DNA of 64,000 nucleotides, from positions 214 through 64,213 of the forward strand of contig CAZGIX010000003.1 of assembly GCA_964525785.1 (NCBI GenBank), in the 5' to 3' direction. Below the pieces are notes generated by a model that saw nothing but the letters and a program-made list of their open reading frames with translations, was not told the DNA's origin and did no database searches. This stretch comes from an uncultured Anaerolineaceae bacterium (GTDB taxonomy: Bacteria > Chloroflexota > Anaerolineae > Anaerolineales > UBA4823). Numbering within the stretch: the first letter of the stretch is position 1; every line of letters begins with the position of its first letter. Of the stretch, positions 10,685 to 20,249 are shown piece after piece. Made by a program: the position numbers and the translations under genes.

Positions 10685-10741
10685 GATAATTCCGCAACAA
10701 CTTTTTAGTGCTCCCCTTGATACCAGGGCTTTGATAGCTTC

Positions 10742-10757
10742 ACCTGACCGGTCAGGT
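10742..10757. promoter_or_regulatory. 16-bp perfect palindrome of unknown role
   Basis: ACCTGACCGGTCAGGT sits in the intergenic region between the TetR operon and the beta-helix gene. Confidence 0.3.
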
Positions 10758-10869
10758 TAAGCGTTGGTTAGGGATAGGCGGGTTTTATCGTTTGTTGTTC
10801 TATAATGTGAATGCGCCTGGCATCTATCTCCGGCACCCCACCCAGATCTGACCTCTATAGGATTGATCG

Positions 10870-12183
10870 ATGAAACCTCTTCTCTGCCTCGTGATTATCT
10901 TCATCCTCCTGACCGCGGTATCTGCTGCTTCAGCCCAGGGACGGGTGTATTACGTTGACTCATCCGGTTCGGACAGCACTGGCGACGGCAGCGCGGTAAG
11001 ACCCTGGGCTACAATTCGCTTCGCTGCCACCCAGGTGGGCACCGGCGATACGGTGCTGATCAACCCTGGCGCATACGAAGGTGGGATCATCGTCAAGACC
11101 GGCGGCGCGCCGCACGCGCCGATCGTTTTTCGCGCCAACGGCGAGGGGGTGATCGTCGAGGGCAGCGGTGAGGAGAGGGATGCGTTTTTCATCGAGAAAG
11201 CCGACTATGTCGTCGTTCAAGGTCTTACCATCCAGCATGCTGAGCGCGCCGGGCTGCGCATCTCCCAGTCGAACCACGTCACCGTGCGCGATAGCGTCTT
11301 CGCTGATAACGGCGTTTGGGGGATTTTTACCGATTTCAGCGACTACACGATGATCGAAGGCAGCCTATCCTACGGCGCAGTCGAGGAGCACGGCATCTAT
11401 ATCAGCAACTCCAGTGACTACCCGATCATCCGGCACAATATCCTGCACCACAATAACGGGTGCGGGCTGCACATGAACGGCGACATCAGCATGGGTGGAG
11501 ATGGAATCATCTCCTCGGGGTTGGTGGAGGGCAACATCATCTTCGAGAACGGCCCCGGGGGCGGCTCGGGCATCAATATGGACGGCGTCACCGATACGAT
11601 CGTGCGCAACAATCTGCTGTACAAAAACCACGCCAGCGGGATATCGCTCTACCAGATAGACGGCGGCAGCGGGTCGCAGAACAACCTGGTCTTGAACAAT
11701 ACGATCGTCATGGCTGAGGATGGGCGCTGGGGGATCAATATCGCCGGCGCTAACGATACGGGCAACCAGCTGCTCAACAACATCATCTACTCATATCACA
11801 GCTGGCGGGGCAGCATCTCGATCCCTGCACCGGACCTGGTTGGTTTTATCAGCGATTACAACGTGGTCATAGACCGCTTCAGCACAGACGGCGGCGGTAC
11901 GCGCCTCAGCCTGCTCGAATGGCAGGCGTTGGGCTACGATACCCATTCCCTGATCGCCACGCCCGACCAGCTTTTTGCAGACGAAAGCGCCAGCGACTAT
12001 CGCCTCAAACCCGGCAGCCCAGCGATCGATCACGGCACAATCCTGGACTCGGTGACAGACGACCTGCTTGGCAATCCCAGGCCCGCTGGGAGCACCCACG
12101 ACATAGGCGCATACGAATTCGCTTTAACGTTCGAGGTGAAGCAGGTGCTCTATTTACCCCTGACGATAAAATCATCAGAGTGA
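10870..12183 (+). CDS. secreted right-handed parallel beta-helix repeat protein
   Basis: The signal peptide is LLTAVSAASAQG. Motifs are YYVDSSGSDSTGDGSAVRPWATI and repeated NxxxxN/G turns (HNILHHNNGCGLHMNG, NNLLYKNHASGISL, NNLVLNNTIV). The C-terminal segment is YRLKPGSPAIDHG...DIGAYEF. Confidence 0.8.
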   Translation: MKPLLCLVIIFILLTAVSAASAQGRVYYVDSSGSDSTGDGSAVRPWATIRFAATQVGTGDTVLINPGAYEGGIIVKTGGAPHAPIVFRANGEGVIVEGSGEERDAFFIEKADYVVVQGLTIQHAERAGLRISQSNHVTVRDSVFADNGVWGIFTDFSDYTMIEGSLSYGAVEEHGIYISNSSDYPIIRHNILHHNNGCGLHMNGDISMGGDGIISSGLVEGNIIFENGPGGGSGINMDGVTDTIVRNNLLYKNHASGISLYQIDGGSGSQNNLVLNNTIVMAEDGRWGINIAGANDTGNQLLNNIIYSYHSWRGSISIPAPDLVGFISDYNVVIDRFSTDGGGTRLSLLEWQALGYDTHSLIATPDQLFADESASDYRLKPGSPAIDHGTILDSVTDDLLGNPRPAGSTHDIGAYEFALTFEVKQVLYLPLTIKSSE

Positions 12184-12546
12184 TCCATCCTCCTTGAGGC
12201 GAACATTTATAAAATAGGGCTGAAAAGCAGAGCCGGTTGCTTTCCTACACCTATGAGCCATTGATGCCAGCCATTGGCACGCGAGGCTAACGAATCCTTA
12301 ACGCGATTAAATACAAAATTAATATATAATAGATCGGATTTATCTAATAATTCTGATGGAATGATTCGAGCGAAGGCAAATCTTCCGGTACTTTGCCTAC
12401 CAGTAGTGCGGGATGCATAGTGGAGACAGGACCTGCTTGCCGGACCATATATCAAATTACCGTTGTTCTACAGAAGACAACCCCGGTCATGCACTGCTCC
12501 AATCCAATAAGACAAACTACATATTCCTAGAATATAGGCTGCAGTA

Positions 12547-15500
12547 ATGGGATTTGTTGGCGAAGGCATACAACCCGTCGGCTTACCACCCCTGGATGTA
12601 CGGCTGCTCGGACCGCCAGAAGTCACCTGGCAGGGTTCGCCGATCAGCATTCCACGCCGCCAAACGCGCGCCCTGCTCTATTACCTGGCTGCCCGTCCCC
12701 AGCTTATCCCGCGCGAGAGCTTATGCCTGCTCTTTTGGGCTGATTCCCCTACCTCCCATGCCCGGCGCAACCTGACCCACCTGCTGAACAACCTGCGCAA
12801 GGTACTGCCCAAGCCGGACTTGCTGCTCACCAACGAAGACCGCGTGGGTTTGGATCCGCGCCTGGTGTATTCCGACCTGCTGGACTTCGAGCGCCTATGC
12901 GGTATGCAAGCCAGTGCAAATCAAGCCGTAAAAAGCCTGGAACAAGCAGTGAGCCTGTATCGCCGGCCTTTCCTGGACGGGGTGGTGCTGCCCCACGCAG
13001 GCGAGTTCGAAGCCTGGGTACGCCAGCAGCAGCAATCCTGCGAGCGATGCTATCTAGATGCCCTGTCTGCGCTGGTAGCGGAATATACCCGGCGTGGTGA
13101 TTACCAAAAGGCAATCATCTACGCCCGGCGCGCCTTAAAAGCGGATGAGCTTAACGAGGAAATGCACCGCCACTTGATCGAGCTGTACGCTCTCAGCGGC
13201 GACCGCCTGGCAGCTCTACGGCAATACGAGACCTGCATCACCGTCCTCGAACGCGAACTGGGCGTGGACCCTCTGCCCGAGACCAGGGAAGTATATCGGA
13301 CCGTACTGGAGGGGAATCAACCGGGGCCAGCTAACGCCCATCGCCCAACCTGGACGACCCTACCGGGGCTGAACGTACCCTTCGTGGGACGCCAGGATGC
13401 CCTGCGCCTCCTGGATAAAGCGTTATCGCGCGCCCGGCATGGGCACGGCGGGGTACTGTGGATTACCGGCGAGCCTGGTATAGGGAAGACACGCCTGCTC
13501 CAGGAATTCGCTTCCCGGCACGAGGGCAATGCATACCTGTTAGTAGGCAATGCAAGTGCCAATATGCAAACGTATCCTTACCACGCGCTTGTGCAGGCTC
13601 TGCGCCCCGCTCTGCAGGACCCGGCCGTCCGCCGTCGTGTTGCACCTCATTGGCTGGCAGAGGTGCTACGAAGCCTGCCCGAGATGGACGCAGACGCCCA
13701 AACTACCGGCGCAAGGGACCTGACCGACAGGAGACATTTGTTCGAGGCTTTACGCCAGGTGATGTTATCTCTGGCAAGCAGTCCTGAGCCGATCATCCTC
13801 TGCCTGGACGATCTGCAGTGGAGCGACCATCCCACCCTGGAATGGCTGGCTTACCTGGCTCAATCTCTATCCGGCAGCCCGATCCTGGTAGCGGCTTCCT
13901 GCTGCTCGCCCGAGGCTGGAAGGCTGGAACCCTTGAGACGGCAGCTATGGCGCCTGGGCTGCCTGACCGAAATTCCCCTCGCCGGATTAGAGTCTGGTGA
14001 GATCGTACAAATACTCTATCAGGTTGCCAGCCCGTCAGCAGGCGTACAGCACATTGCTGAACGCCTGCTGGAAGCGACCGGCGGCAATCCCTTCTTCGTG
14101 CTGGAAATCTTGCGTGAGAGGCTGGAATCTGGGCGGCTGCCCGAAAACCTGCCTGATCTGGATGAGCTGACCTTGCCTGCCAGCGTCAAGCAGGCAGTGG
14201 AAAGCCACCTCGAGCATTTAAGCCCGGTAGCTGCTCAGGTTCTGCAGGCAGTATCGGTGCTGCACCCCCCCTTGAATTTTGACAGCCTGGTGATAACCAC
14301 CGGACGCTCCGAGCAGGAAGTGGTGGACGCGTTGGATGAGCTGGTATCTCGCCAATTCCTGGTCATGGAACATCACGGTGATACCCCGGCATCCCAGGAC
14401 AGGCCTCATCGCTATCAGTTTCTGCACCGGATCGTAAGATCGGTGGTGTATAACGGCATGAGTCCCTGGCGGCGGCAATTGCTGCACCAGCGCGCTGCCC
14501 AGGCTACGCAGGCCCTCCAGCCCAGCGATCCTGCGGCGCTTGTCTGGCATTACCAGCACGCCAATCTGCCGGGAATGGCGGCGATATATGCCTTGCAAGC
14601 CGGGGAGTCAGCCTGTGCGGCCTACGCCCCTTCTCAGGCCCGCGACTATTTCAGCACCGCCATCTCCTGCCTGGAGGCCGAGCTGCCCAACCTGTTTGGG
14701 GAAGCCAACATCGCTAACAACCGGAAATTGCTCATCCAGGCATTCGTCGGACGATGTTGGACGCATCATTTACAGGGAGAGATGAGCCGCTACGAAGAAG
14801 ACCTTCATTATGCAATACGGGCGGCTGAGGCGCTACATGACCAGGCAATACTGGCCTCGCTGTGCTGGCGCCAGGCCTGCGTGCAACGCTGGTTTTGCCG
14901 GTTCAGTGAGGCGCTCCAGGCCGCCCAAGAAGGGACAGAGCTTTGCCACCTCAGTGCGGATGCACGCGCCGAAGCCTTCTGCTGGCGCGAGTTGGGTTTG
15001 GCCGCGGGCGCAATGGGCAGTTATATGACGGCTGAGCTGGCAATTCAGCAGGCCTTAGACGGCTTTATTCGTCTAAACGAGGCCGCCTACCAGATCCATA
15101 CCCTTGGCAACCTGTCCAACTTGTACTTAATGATCGGGGATGCCCCGCGTGCCAGATCCCTGGCGCTGCAGGCTTTGGAGCAATGCGAGCAGGCCGAGCT
15201 GCACTTTGAAAAACGCATTCCCCTGGGTGATTTGGGCGCTGCCGACCTGGCCTTGGGAGAGATGAATGCGGCCCATGCCTCCCTGGAAGAGTGCCTGCAG
15301 CTATCTCGCCAGGTAGGCGACCGCAGCCAGGAGATATTCGCCCTGAGACACCTGGGCCAGCTGATGTCCAGGTCCGCTTCGCCCGGCGATGCCTTGAGCA
15401 AACTCAGGATTGCACTGGATTTAGCCGAAAAGATCGGTTCACAGATCGAACAACCAGGGCTGCTGGCAGATATGGCAGAGATTTACCAGCAGATAGGTCA

Positions 15501-15630
15501 GGTCGAACAGGCGCGCCAATACGTGGGACAATCCGTGAGGGTGGCTGAGAGGATCGGGTTGGCTACCGATCTGGAGCGCGCCAGGCGGCTGGCAGTTGCT
15601 CTCGCGGAGCTGCACTCTTTACCCCAATAA
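12547..15630 (+). CDS. SARP/AfsR-type transcriptional activator (winged-helix + BTAD + P-loop NTPase + TPR)
   Basis: The N-terminus LDVRLLGPPEVTWQGSPISIPRRQTRALLYYLAAR has an OmpR-type DNA-binding fold. The BTAD segment reads YRRPFLDG...EEMHRHLIELYALSGDRLAALRQYE...LGVDPLPETREVY. Walker A is GEPGIGKTRL and Walker B-like is ILCLDDLQW, followed by a long TPR-like C-terminus. Confidence 0.85.
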   Translation: MGFVGEGIQPVGLPPLDVRLLGPPEVTWQGSPISIPRRQTRALLYYLAARPQLIPRESLCLLFWADSPTSHARRNLTHLLNNLRKVLPKPDLLLTNEDRVGLDPRLVYSDLLDFERLCGMQASANQAVKSLEQAVSLYRRPFLDGVVLPHAGEFEAWVRQQQQSCERCYLDALSALVAEYTRRGDYQKAIIYARRALKADELNEEMHRHLIELYALSGDRLAALRQYETCITVLERELGVDPLPETREVYRTVLEGNQPGPANAHRPTWTTLPGLNVPFVGRQDALRLLDKALSRARHGHGGVLWITGEPGIGKTRLLQEFASRHEGNAYLLVGNASANMQTYPYHALVQALRPALQDPAVRRRVAPHWLAEVLRSLPEMDADAQTTGARDLTDRRHLFEALRQVMLSLASSPEPIILCLDDLQWSDHPTLEWLAYLAQSLSGSPILVAASCCSPEAGRLEPLRRQLWRLGCLTEIPLAGLESGEIVQILYQVASPSAGVQHIAERLLEATGGNPFFVLEILRERLESGRLPENLPDLDELTLPASVKQAVESHLEHLSPVAAQVLQAVSVLHPPLNFDSLVITTGRSEQEVVDALDELVSRQFLVMEHHGDTPASQDRPHRYQFLHRIVRSVVYNGMSPWRRQLLHQRAAQATQALQPSDPAALVWHYQHANLPGMAAIYALQAGESACAAYAPSQARDYFSTAISCLEAELPNLFGEANIANNRKLLIQAFVGRCWTHHLQGEMSRYEEDLHYAIRAAEALHDQAILASLCWRQACVQRWFCRFSEALQAAQEGTELCHLSADARAEAFCWRELGLAAGAMGSYMTAELAIQQALDGFIRLNEAAYQIHTLGNLSNLYLMIGDAPRARSLALQALEQCEQAELHFEKRIPLGDLGAADLALGEMNAAHASLEECLQLSRQVGDRSQEIFALRHLGQLMSRSASPGDALSKLRIALDLAEKIGSQIEQPGLLADMAEIYQQIGQVEQARQYVGQSVRVAERIGLATDLERARRLAVALAELHSLPQ

Positions 15631-15710
15631 ACCTCAGTTCGGGATAAGAGAAGGGTGTGGGGGAAATTTTCATAAAACACTCATAAAAAGGGATAAATAT
15701 TGTCCTATTC

Positions 15711-15743
15711 GTGGACATTTTGTGGACACTCATGTGCTATATG
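15711..15743 (+). promoter_or_regulatory. direct heptamer repeats with 11-nt periodicity plus -10-like hexamer (candidate SARP box / operon promoter)
   Basis: GTGGACA (15711-15717), then tttt, then GTGGACA (15722-15728), a 9-nt spacer and TATATG (15738-15743). It lies about 100 nt upstream of the first operon ORF. Confidence 0.45.
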
Positions 15744-15841
15744 TTCACAGATGTCTGCTTTTGCTGTTGCCTTCTCTCCGGCATCCGGAGCAACATACTG
15801 CTGTATCGTGAGCAATCGTTCACGAGAGTGAGCATCGCCAG

Positions 15842-16081
15842 GTGAGCGCTGCAATCGCTTATGTTTCCTTCTTGATCCGCCTGTGGCAGGACGAGGGGGA
15901 ACACATCGGTGAAAAGCCTCAGGTTTGGCGCGGCCATATCGAGCATATCCAGAGCGGAAAGCACTGGTACTTCGAGACACTGGATGACCTGTTGGATTTT
16001 CTCCGACTTCAGGCACAGGATCCCACAATTCTGGCGCCGGAGGACGAAGGCGGAGACAGCAGAAACAAGGATGATCGTTGA
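15842..16081 (+). CDS. small conserved-looking hypothetical protein (79 aa), first ORF of the tail-like operon
   Basis: GTG start. The sequence is FLIRLWQDEGEHIGEKPQVWRGHIEHIQSGKHWYFETLDDLLDFL. Its stop overlaps the next ORF start (TTGA). Confidence 0.5.
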   Translation: MSAAIAYVSFLIRLWQDEGEHIGEKPQVWRGHIEHIQSGKHWYFETLDDLLDFLRLQAQDPTILAPEDEGGDSRNKDDR

Positions 16082-17199
16082 GCTCTATATTTTCGTTCTT
16101 ACAGCCATCTGAAGAAGAACAACCTCGGGCGGGAGCTGAGGGTGCTCCAGCAGCGCTACCCCAACCAGAAGCCGAAGCTCTTGGGGCAGAAGTTGCTGCC
16201 GTGGCAACTCTATTGCCGGATATCGGTCTGGACATGCAGGTGGTCCTCACGCGCATGCTGGACGAATTAAGGAGCTTCCTGCCCGCACCGGTCGGCGACC
16301 TGCCTCTCCCAGGTGTGATCATCATCAGCCTGAACGATGCTCCGGTTGGCTTGGGGAATTTTATCGGCGAGGAGGGGACCGGCCTGCTTGGACGCCGGGT
16401 TGTCAAAGGCGGTCGGTTGGATGCAGTGGTGCGCTTCGTGCTGTGGGGCAGCAGTTTGCCGCAGGTCAACGCCGCCATACTGACCCTGCAAGCCAAGCTG
16501 CTTTCGGCGCTGCAATCGCTTTGGGCAAATGGGTTCCTGCGCTTCAACAGCCTGACCTCCTCCAATCCCAGCTTTGACACTTCGCTGAGTAGCTGGACAC
16601 GTACAGCTGATTATGGGGTGCTGTATGAGTATCATTACTATCCTGCAGACGACGCTCAGAGCCTGATCTCCCGCATCCCCATACACGCCGACCAGGAGAG
16701 ACTCTCTTCGCCCGATCGGGAGTCCGCTGTCGTCAGCGACGAGATGGTGCGCTGGGACGACCAGTCCGCTCCTACCCTGGCGGCGCGCGGTCCGCTTTCT
16801 TCCACCCGCCTAGCAGCGCTAGCCTTTGCAACTGCGATGCCCACCGGCGCGGTCACGTTAACGCGGACTTTCGACGGGGCTGCCGGCGCGCCGGTCGACC
16901 ATCCCACCCTGGCAGCCTTTTTATCTGCGCTGGCTGACCCGCTCGCTCCGCAGCGCCACGCCAGGGTGACCTTCCCCACTCTGACTGATTTCCTGTCCCT
17001 ATTCACTCCTGTTGGAGATCCGCTGCAGCTGGGTGATTGGGATCTGGATAGTACCCCCGACGATTACCAGAACTTCGAGCTGGCACTTGACCCACCGGTG
17101 ACCTTGCCGGGAGTGTTCGACCGCCTGGAGGTGACTTATCGCGATGGAACAGAGCCGTTAGACCAGGTCGCAGTGTTTTACCTGCGTTTGAAACCATAG
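16078..17199 (+). CDS. hypothetical protein, possibly a tail cap/terminator-like (DUF4255-like) protein (weak)
   Basis: Long + strand ORF immediately upstream of the sheath gene. The start is uncertain: TTG at 16078, or the internal ATG at MQVVLTRMLDELRSF. The segment LDAVVRFVLWGSS...AAILTLQAKLL only loosely resembles the DUF4255 pattern. Confidence 0.5.
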   Translation: MSSIFSFLQPSEEEQPRAGAEGAPAALPQPEAEALGAEVAAVATLLPDIGLDMQVVLTRMLDELRSFLPAPVGDLPLPGVIIISLNDAPVGLGNFIGEEGTGLLGRRVVKGGRLDAVVRFVLWGSSLPQVNAAILTLQAKLLSALQSLWANGFLRFNSLTSSNPSFDTSLSSWTRTADYGVLYEYHYYPADDAQSLISRIPIHADQERLSSPDRESAVVSDEMVRWDDQSAPTLAARGPLSSTRLAALAFATAMPTGAVTLTRTFDGAAGAPVDHPTLAAFLSALADPLAPQRHARVTFPTLTDFLSLFTPVGDPLQLGDWDLDSTPDDYQNFELALDPPVTLPGVFDRLEVTYRDGTEPLDQVAVFYLRLKP

Positions 17200-17257
17200 A
17201 GACTATGCGTAGATACTGACAATCACAAGAAAGTAGAAGTTATCTAAAAAATGGTTC

Positions 17258-17300
17258 TTTGGGGTGTGTGTGGCGGCGAAGCCGCCACGCACACCCCAAA
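17258..17300. repeat. 20-bp hairpin with GAA loop (GCGAAGC-core hairpin family, copy b)
   Basis: TTTGGGGTGTGTGTGGCGGC-GAA-GCCGCCACGCACACCCCAAA with one G-T wobble. It lies between ORF 16078-17199 and the sheath gene. Confidence 0.8.
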
Positions 17301-17379
17301 ACCTCCTGTTTTTGAGATAGCCTCTAGTAAGACGCAATCACCCATTTACCCGTACTTGTTCAAAAGGAGTGACAAAACC

Positions 17380-19053
17380 ATGGCAGAAATGATCTTACCC
17401 GGAACTTATATTGAAGTGCGTCCAGAAGGGCTGATTGTCCCCGGTCGGGTGACGGTGGGCAACATCGGCATCGTCGGCACAGCCAGCAAAGGGCCGGTTG
17501 GCGATCCAACCGTCCTGAGCAGCTACCTGGAGGCACGCGCCAGGTTCGGCGATTACGACGCCTGGGTAGACGGAGCCAGCAGTGAGCTCACCCTGGTACG
17601 TGCCTTGCAGCTGGCTTTCAGCCACGGCGCGACGACCGTGATCGCAGTTCGCGTGGCAGGCGACAGCGCTGAAGCGGCTGACTACATGCTCGGCAGCGCC
17701 AGCGGCGACTGCGTGCGGCTCATCGCCAAGACCGAGGGGACCTGGGGCAACAACCTGATGGTGCAGGTAAGCGCCGCGGATGAGCCCGCTTTTATTGAAG
17801 GTGAAGAGCATACCGGAGCAGACCCGATCAGTCTGGCATCCACTCCGGTGCTGAAGAGCGCCCGCAACCGGGTGCGCCTGTTCACTGCCGGCGATGGGCT
17901 GACCCGCTCGCTGCAGATCATCTACGATGACGATGCATCCGCGCCTACCGCCAGCCAGGTGAAGATCAGCCGCAACGACGGCGCGCTGACCTTCGCCGCG
18001 CCACTCGACCCGGCAGATATTGTCACCGCCTCCTATATGGTCGACTCTGCCAGCGCCGTCAAGGTGACCATCAAGCTGGACCGTAATGAAGAAGTCTATA
18101 CCGTGGTCAACGGCGACGACCTGGCTGCCGATATCAACCGCTCACCAGGTGGCTCCGTCTGGGTGACCGCTGAGGTACAGGCAAACTCATCTGAACTGCC
18201 CAACCTGCTGACCGACTTTGGCGCCTTCGGCACCGGCGCCAATACCCACGGGGACGACGGTGCTGACGCCGATGAGGGCAAGTACAAAGAAGGTCTTGAG
18301 CTCCTGCTCAATGAGGATGCCCATATCATCCTGGCGGCCGGGCAGTCCGAGAGCTTTGGGGCAGAGCTGAACGCCCACTGCCAGAGCGCTTCCACCGATG
18401 CGATCAAGCGTGACCGCATTGCTGTGGTCGGCTCCACGCTGGGCGCCAGCCTGGACGATATCCGCGGTCATAACTTCGACAGCGACCGGCTCGTTTACAT
18501 CGCCCCAGGCATCCAGACTTTCGATGACGCCGGCGGGGTTCAGGTGACCCTGCCGGGAGCTTACGCCGCGGCAGCAGTGGCAGGCTTGCTGGCAAGCTAC
18601 TCGCCCCAAATCAGCCTGACCAACAAACCCATCTCGGTAGATGGGCTTGAGTTCAAGTTCACCAGCCCCGAGCTGACCCAATTGGTGCAGAGCCGGGTAT
18701 TAGCCCTGGAAGTACGCCAGGGACACCGCGTCGTCAAGGGCATCACCACCTCTACCAATACCGCCTGGCACCAGATCACCACCCGGCGCATCGTGGATTA
18801 CGCCAAATTTGGCGTGCGCTCAGCAGCCAATCCTTACATCGGCCTGCTCAACAACGAGCGGGTGCGCGGCGCGCTGCAATCCACCATTGCCAGTTTCTTA
18901 AACGAGATGGTAGCAGACGAGATGCTGGTGAGCTATGACCTGAGCGTTACCTCCACCCGCGAGGAGGAGCGCCAGGGAATTGTCAACGTGACCATGGTGC
19001 TGCGCCCGGTGTTCAGCATCGACTTCATCAAAGTGACGATGTTCCTGGAGTAG
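17380..19053 (+). CDS. contractile tail sheath protein
   Basis: AAGGAG ribosome-binding site 8 nt before ATG 17380. The N-terminus is ILPGTYIEVRPEGLI...GIVGTASKGPVGDPTVLSSYLEARARFG, followed by TEGTWGNNLMVQV. The C-terminal sheath domain reads RRIVDYAKFGVRS...NNERVRGALQSTIASFLNEMVADEML...IVNVTMVLRPVFSIDFIKVTMFL. Confidence 0.9.
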   Translation: MAEMILPGTYIEVRPEGLIVPGRVTVGNIGIVGTASKGPVGDPTVLSSYLEARARFGDYDAWVDGASSELTLVRALQLAFSHGATTVIAVRVAGDSAEAADYMLGSASGDCVRLIAKTEGTWGNNLMVQVSAADEPAFIEGEEHTGADPISLASTPVLKSARNRVRLFTAGDGLTRSLQIIYDDDASAPTASQVKISRNDGALTFAAPLDPADIVTASYMVDSASAVKVTIKLDRNEEVYTVVNGDDLAADINRSPGGSVWVTAEVQANSSELPNLLTDFGAFGTGANTHGDDGADADEGKYKEGLELLLNEDAHIILAAGQSESFGAELNAHCQSASTDAIKRDRIAVVGSTLGASLDDIRGHNFDSDRLVYIAPGIQTFDDAGGVQVTLPGAYAAAAVAGLLASYSPQISLTNKPISVDGLEFKFTSPELTQLVQSRVLALEVRQGHRVVKGITTSTNTAWHQITTRRIVDYAKFGVRSAANPYIGLLNNERVRGALQSTIASFLNEMVADEMLVSYDLSVTSTREEERQGIVNVTMVLRPVFSIDFIKVTMFLE

Positions 19054-19063
19054 GAGGTAAAGA

Positions 19064-19606
19064 ATGGCACTCTCTCATATCTATACTGGCGCACATGGCA
19101 CGATCAGCCTGGCGGTGGAAGGCACACCCTCCCAGCAAGCGGATTTCAACGCCATTACAGGCGCTTATGGCGATACGATCTTCAATCCGGTAGGCACGGT
19201 TGTCGATGTGGAGTTCTGCGTGCAGACCGAGCTGCAAGAATTTTTTAACTTGGGTAGCCGGGATCCTGCCGTCCTCATGCCCGGCAACGTTCACTTAAGC
19301 GGTAAGATCGGACGCACCTATATCAATGGCACACTGCTGCTCCTGCTGCTGGGACGCGGCGCCAAAGACGCCCTGACCACCATCCAACCGCGTTTTGCTT
19401 TGAACCTGCAGCTGAGCGATCCTACCGATCCTACTGAAAAATTAAAGGTCGTCCTGACGGGTGTGAAGTTCGAGAACTGGGCGGTGCGTGTCCCACAGGA
19501 TACCTTCGTGATGGAAAATGTCACTTTCAAGGCCATCGGCATCACCGTCACGGACACTGACGAAAGCACCGAGATCAACGTGGCTTTCCCAGAGCTCGGC
19601 ACCTGA
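19064..19606 (+). CDS. tail tube protein (XkdM-like)
   Basis: 180 aa directly after the sheath gene, with an AGGAGG ribosome-binding site. The segment LMPGNVHLSGKIGRTYINGTLLLLLLG resembles the XkdM-type tube pattern. The call rests mainly on position and size. Confidence 0.65.
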   Translation: MALSHIYTGAHGTISLAVEGTPSQQADFNAITGAYGDTIFNPVGTVVDVEFCVQTELQEFFNLGSRDPAVLMPGNVHLSGKIGRTYINGTLLLLLLGRGAKDALTTIQPRFALNLQLSDPTDPTEKLKVVLTGVKFENWAVRVPQDTFVMENVTFKAIGITVTDTDESTEINVAFPELGT

Positions 19607-19689
19607 TGGCATAACACTCGGATAGCAGGCGCTCCATACCCGAAGGGTTTCCAACACGCTTCGGGTATTGGAGCTGCATACAAGGGAAA

Positions 19690-19730
19690 TTGGTTTGTTT
19701 GGGCGGGCTTCGCTCGCCCAAACAAACCAA
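19690..19730. repeat. 16-bp perfect-stem hairpin (GCGAAGC-core family, copy d, core on minus strand)
   Basis: TTGGTTTGTTTGGGCG-GGCTTCGCT-CGCCCAAACAAACCAA, between the tube and chaperone genes. Confidence 0.8.
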
Positions 19731-19778
19731 CCCCCCATCCATTGCGTAAGTCGGATATTTATCAAGCGAGGGAAATCT

Positions 19779-20249
19779 ATGACCCTGACTGCTGAAGACC
19801 TGCTGGCTGGCAGCAGCCTGACACACGAGGTGGAGATCCCAGCGGATTATCTGGGCGGGGATGGAAAAGTGCCCGGCGATGGGCGAGTCCGGCTGCGCCC
19901 ACTCACCGTGCGCGACCTGCAGCGCATAGGTAAAGCCGCTCAGGATGATGAATCTGTTTCGGCGGCTCTGATGATCCAGCAAGCTTTGGTAGAGCCCAGT
20001 CTGCGCCTGGACCAGGTTTCTCAGCTCCCGGCTGGGCTGGCACGCCTGCTCGTAGAACAGATCAACAGCATCAGCGGGGTAAATACGCCGCGCGATGAGC
20101 TGGAAGAGCTTGTGCAGGCCCCGCTGGCGAAAGCCTGCTTCATTCTGGCGCGTGAGTTTGGCTGGACGCCCGAAGAGGTGAGCGGGATGACCATCGGCCA
20201 AATCCTTCTTTATCTCGAGATGGCGCATGGGGAGGCTGCCGCCGGATGA
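19779..20249 (+). CDS. tail assembly chaperone-like protein (XkdN/gpG position)
   Basis: Start at the internal ATG MTLTAEDLLAGSS. Motifs are RLRPLTVRDLQRIGK and LPAGLARLLVEQINSISGV. It occupies the position between the tube and tape-measure-position genes. Confidence 0.55.
   Translation: MTLTAEDLLAGSSLTHEVEIPADYLGGDGKVPGDGRVRLRPLTVRDLQRIGKAAQDDESVSAALMIQQALVEPSLRLDQVSQLPAGLARLLVEQINSISGVNTPRDELEELVQAPLAKACFILAREFGWTPEEVSGMTIGQILLYLEMAHGEAAAG

Noticed and set aside
12207-12650. Two small minus-strand ORFs (82 and 60 aa) upstream of the SARP gene
   Set aside because: They lie in an AT-rich intergenic region, have no motifs, and one overlaps the SARP start. I treat them as non-coding.
12547-15630. 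The P-loop NTPase domain of this protein as a stand-in for the eCIS Afp15 AAA+ ATPase
   Set aside because: The domain context (an N-terminal OmpR-type DNA-binding domain plus BTAD, and C-terminal TPR) is that of AfsR/SARP-LAL regulators, not a Cdc48-like double-AAA unfoldase.
15705-16580. 291-aa minus-strand ORF upstream of the sheath gene
   Set aside because: It is R/S/P-rich with no motifs. It overlaps two translationally coupled + strand ORFs and the putative promoter.
17251-17379. N-terminal extensions of track ORFs: sheath from 17251, also 6550-7371, 8550-9866, 45785, 46561, 55545-56321 and 58556-61258
   Set aside because: The extensions read through hairpins or neighbouring genes and lack ribosome-binding sites. 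Internal ATGs with good Shine-Dalgarno spacing give family-typical N-termini.
20156-20249. Programmed -1 frameshift (G/GT-type) joining the chaperone-like ORF to the next ORF
   Set aside because: The -1 frame is open across this 94-nt overlap. However, I found no canonical X-XXY-YYZ slippery heptamer in the zero frame. The ATGA overlap is sufficiently explained by translational coupling. I kept it only as a side remark.
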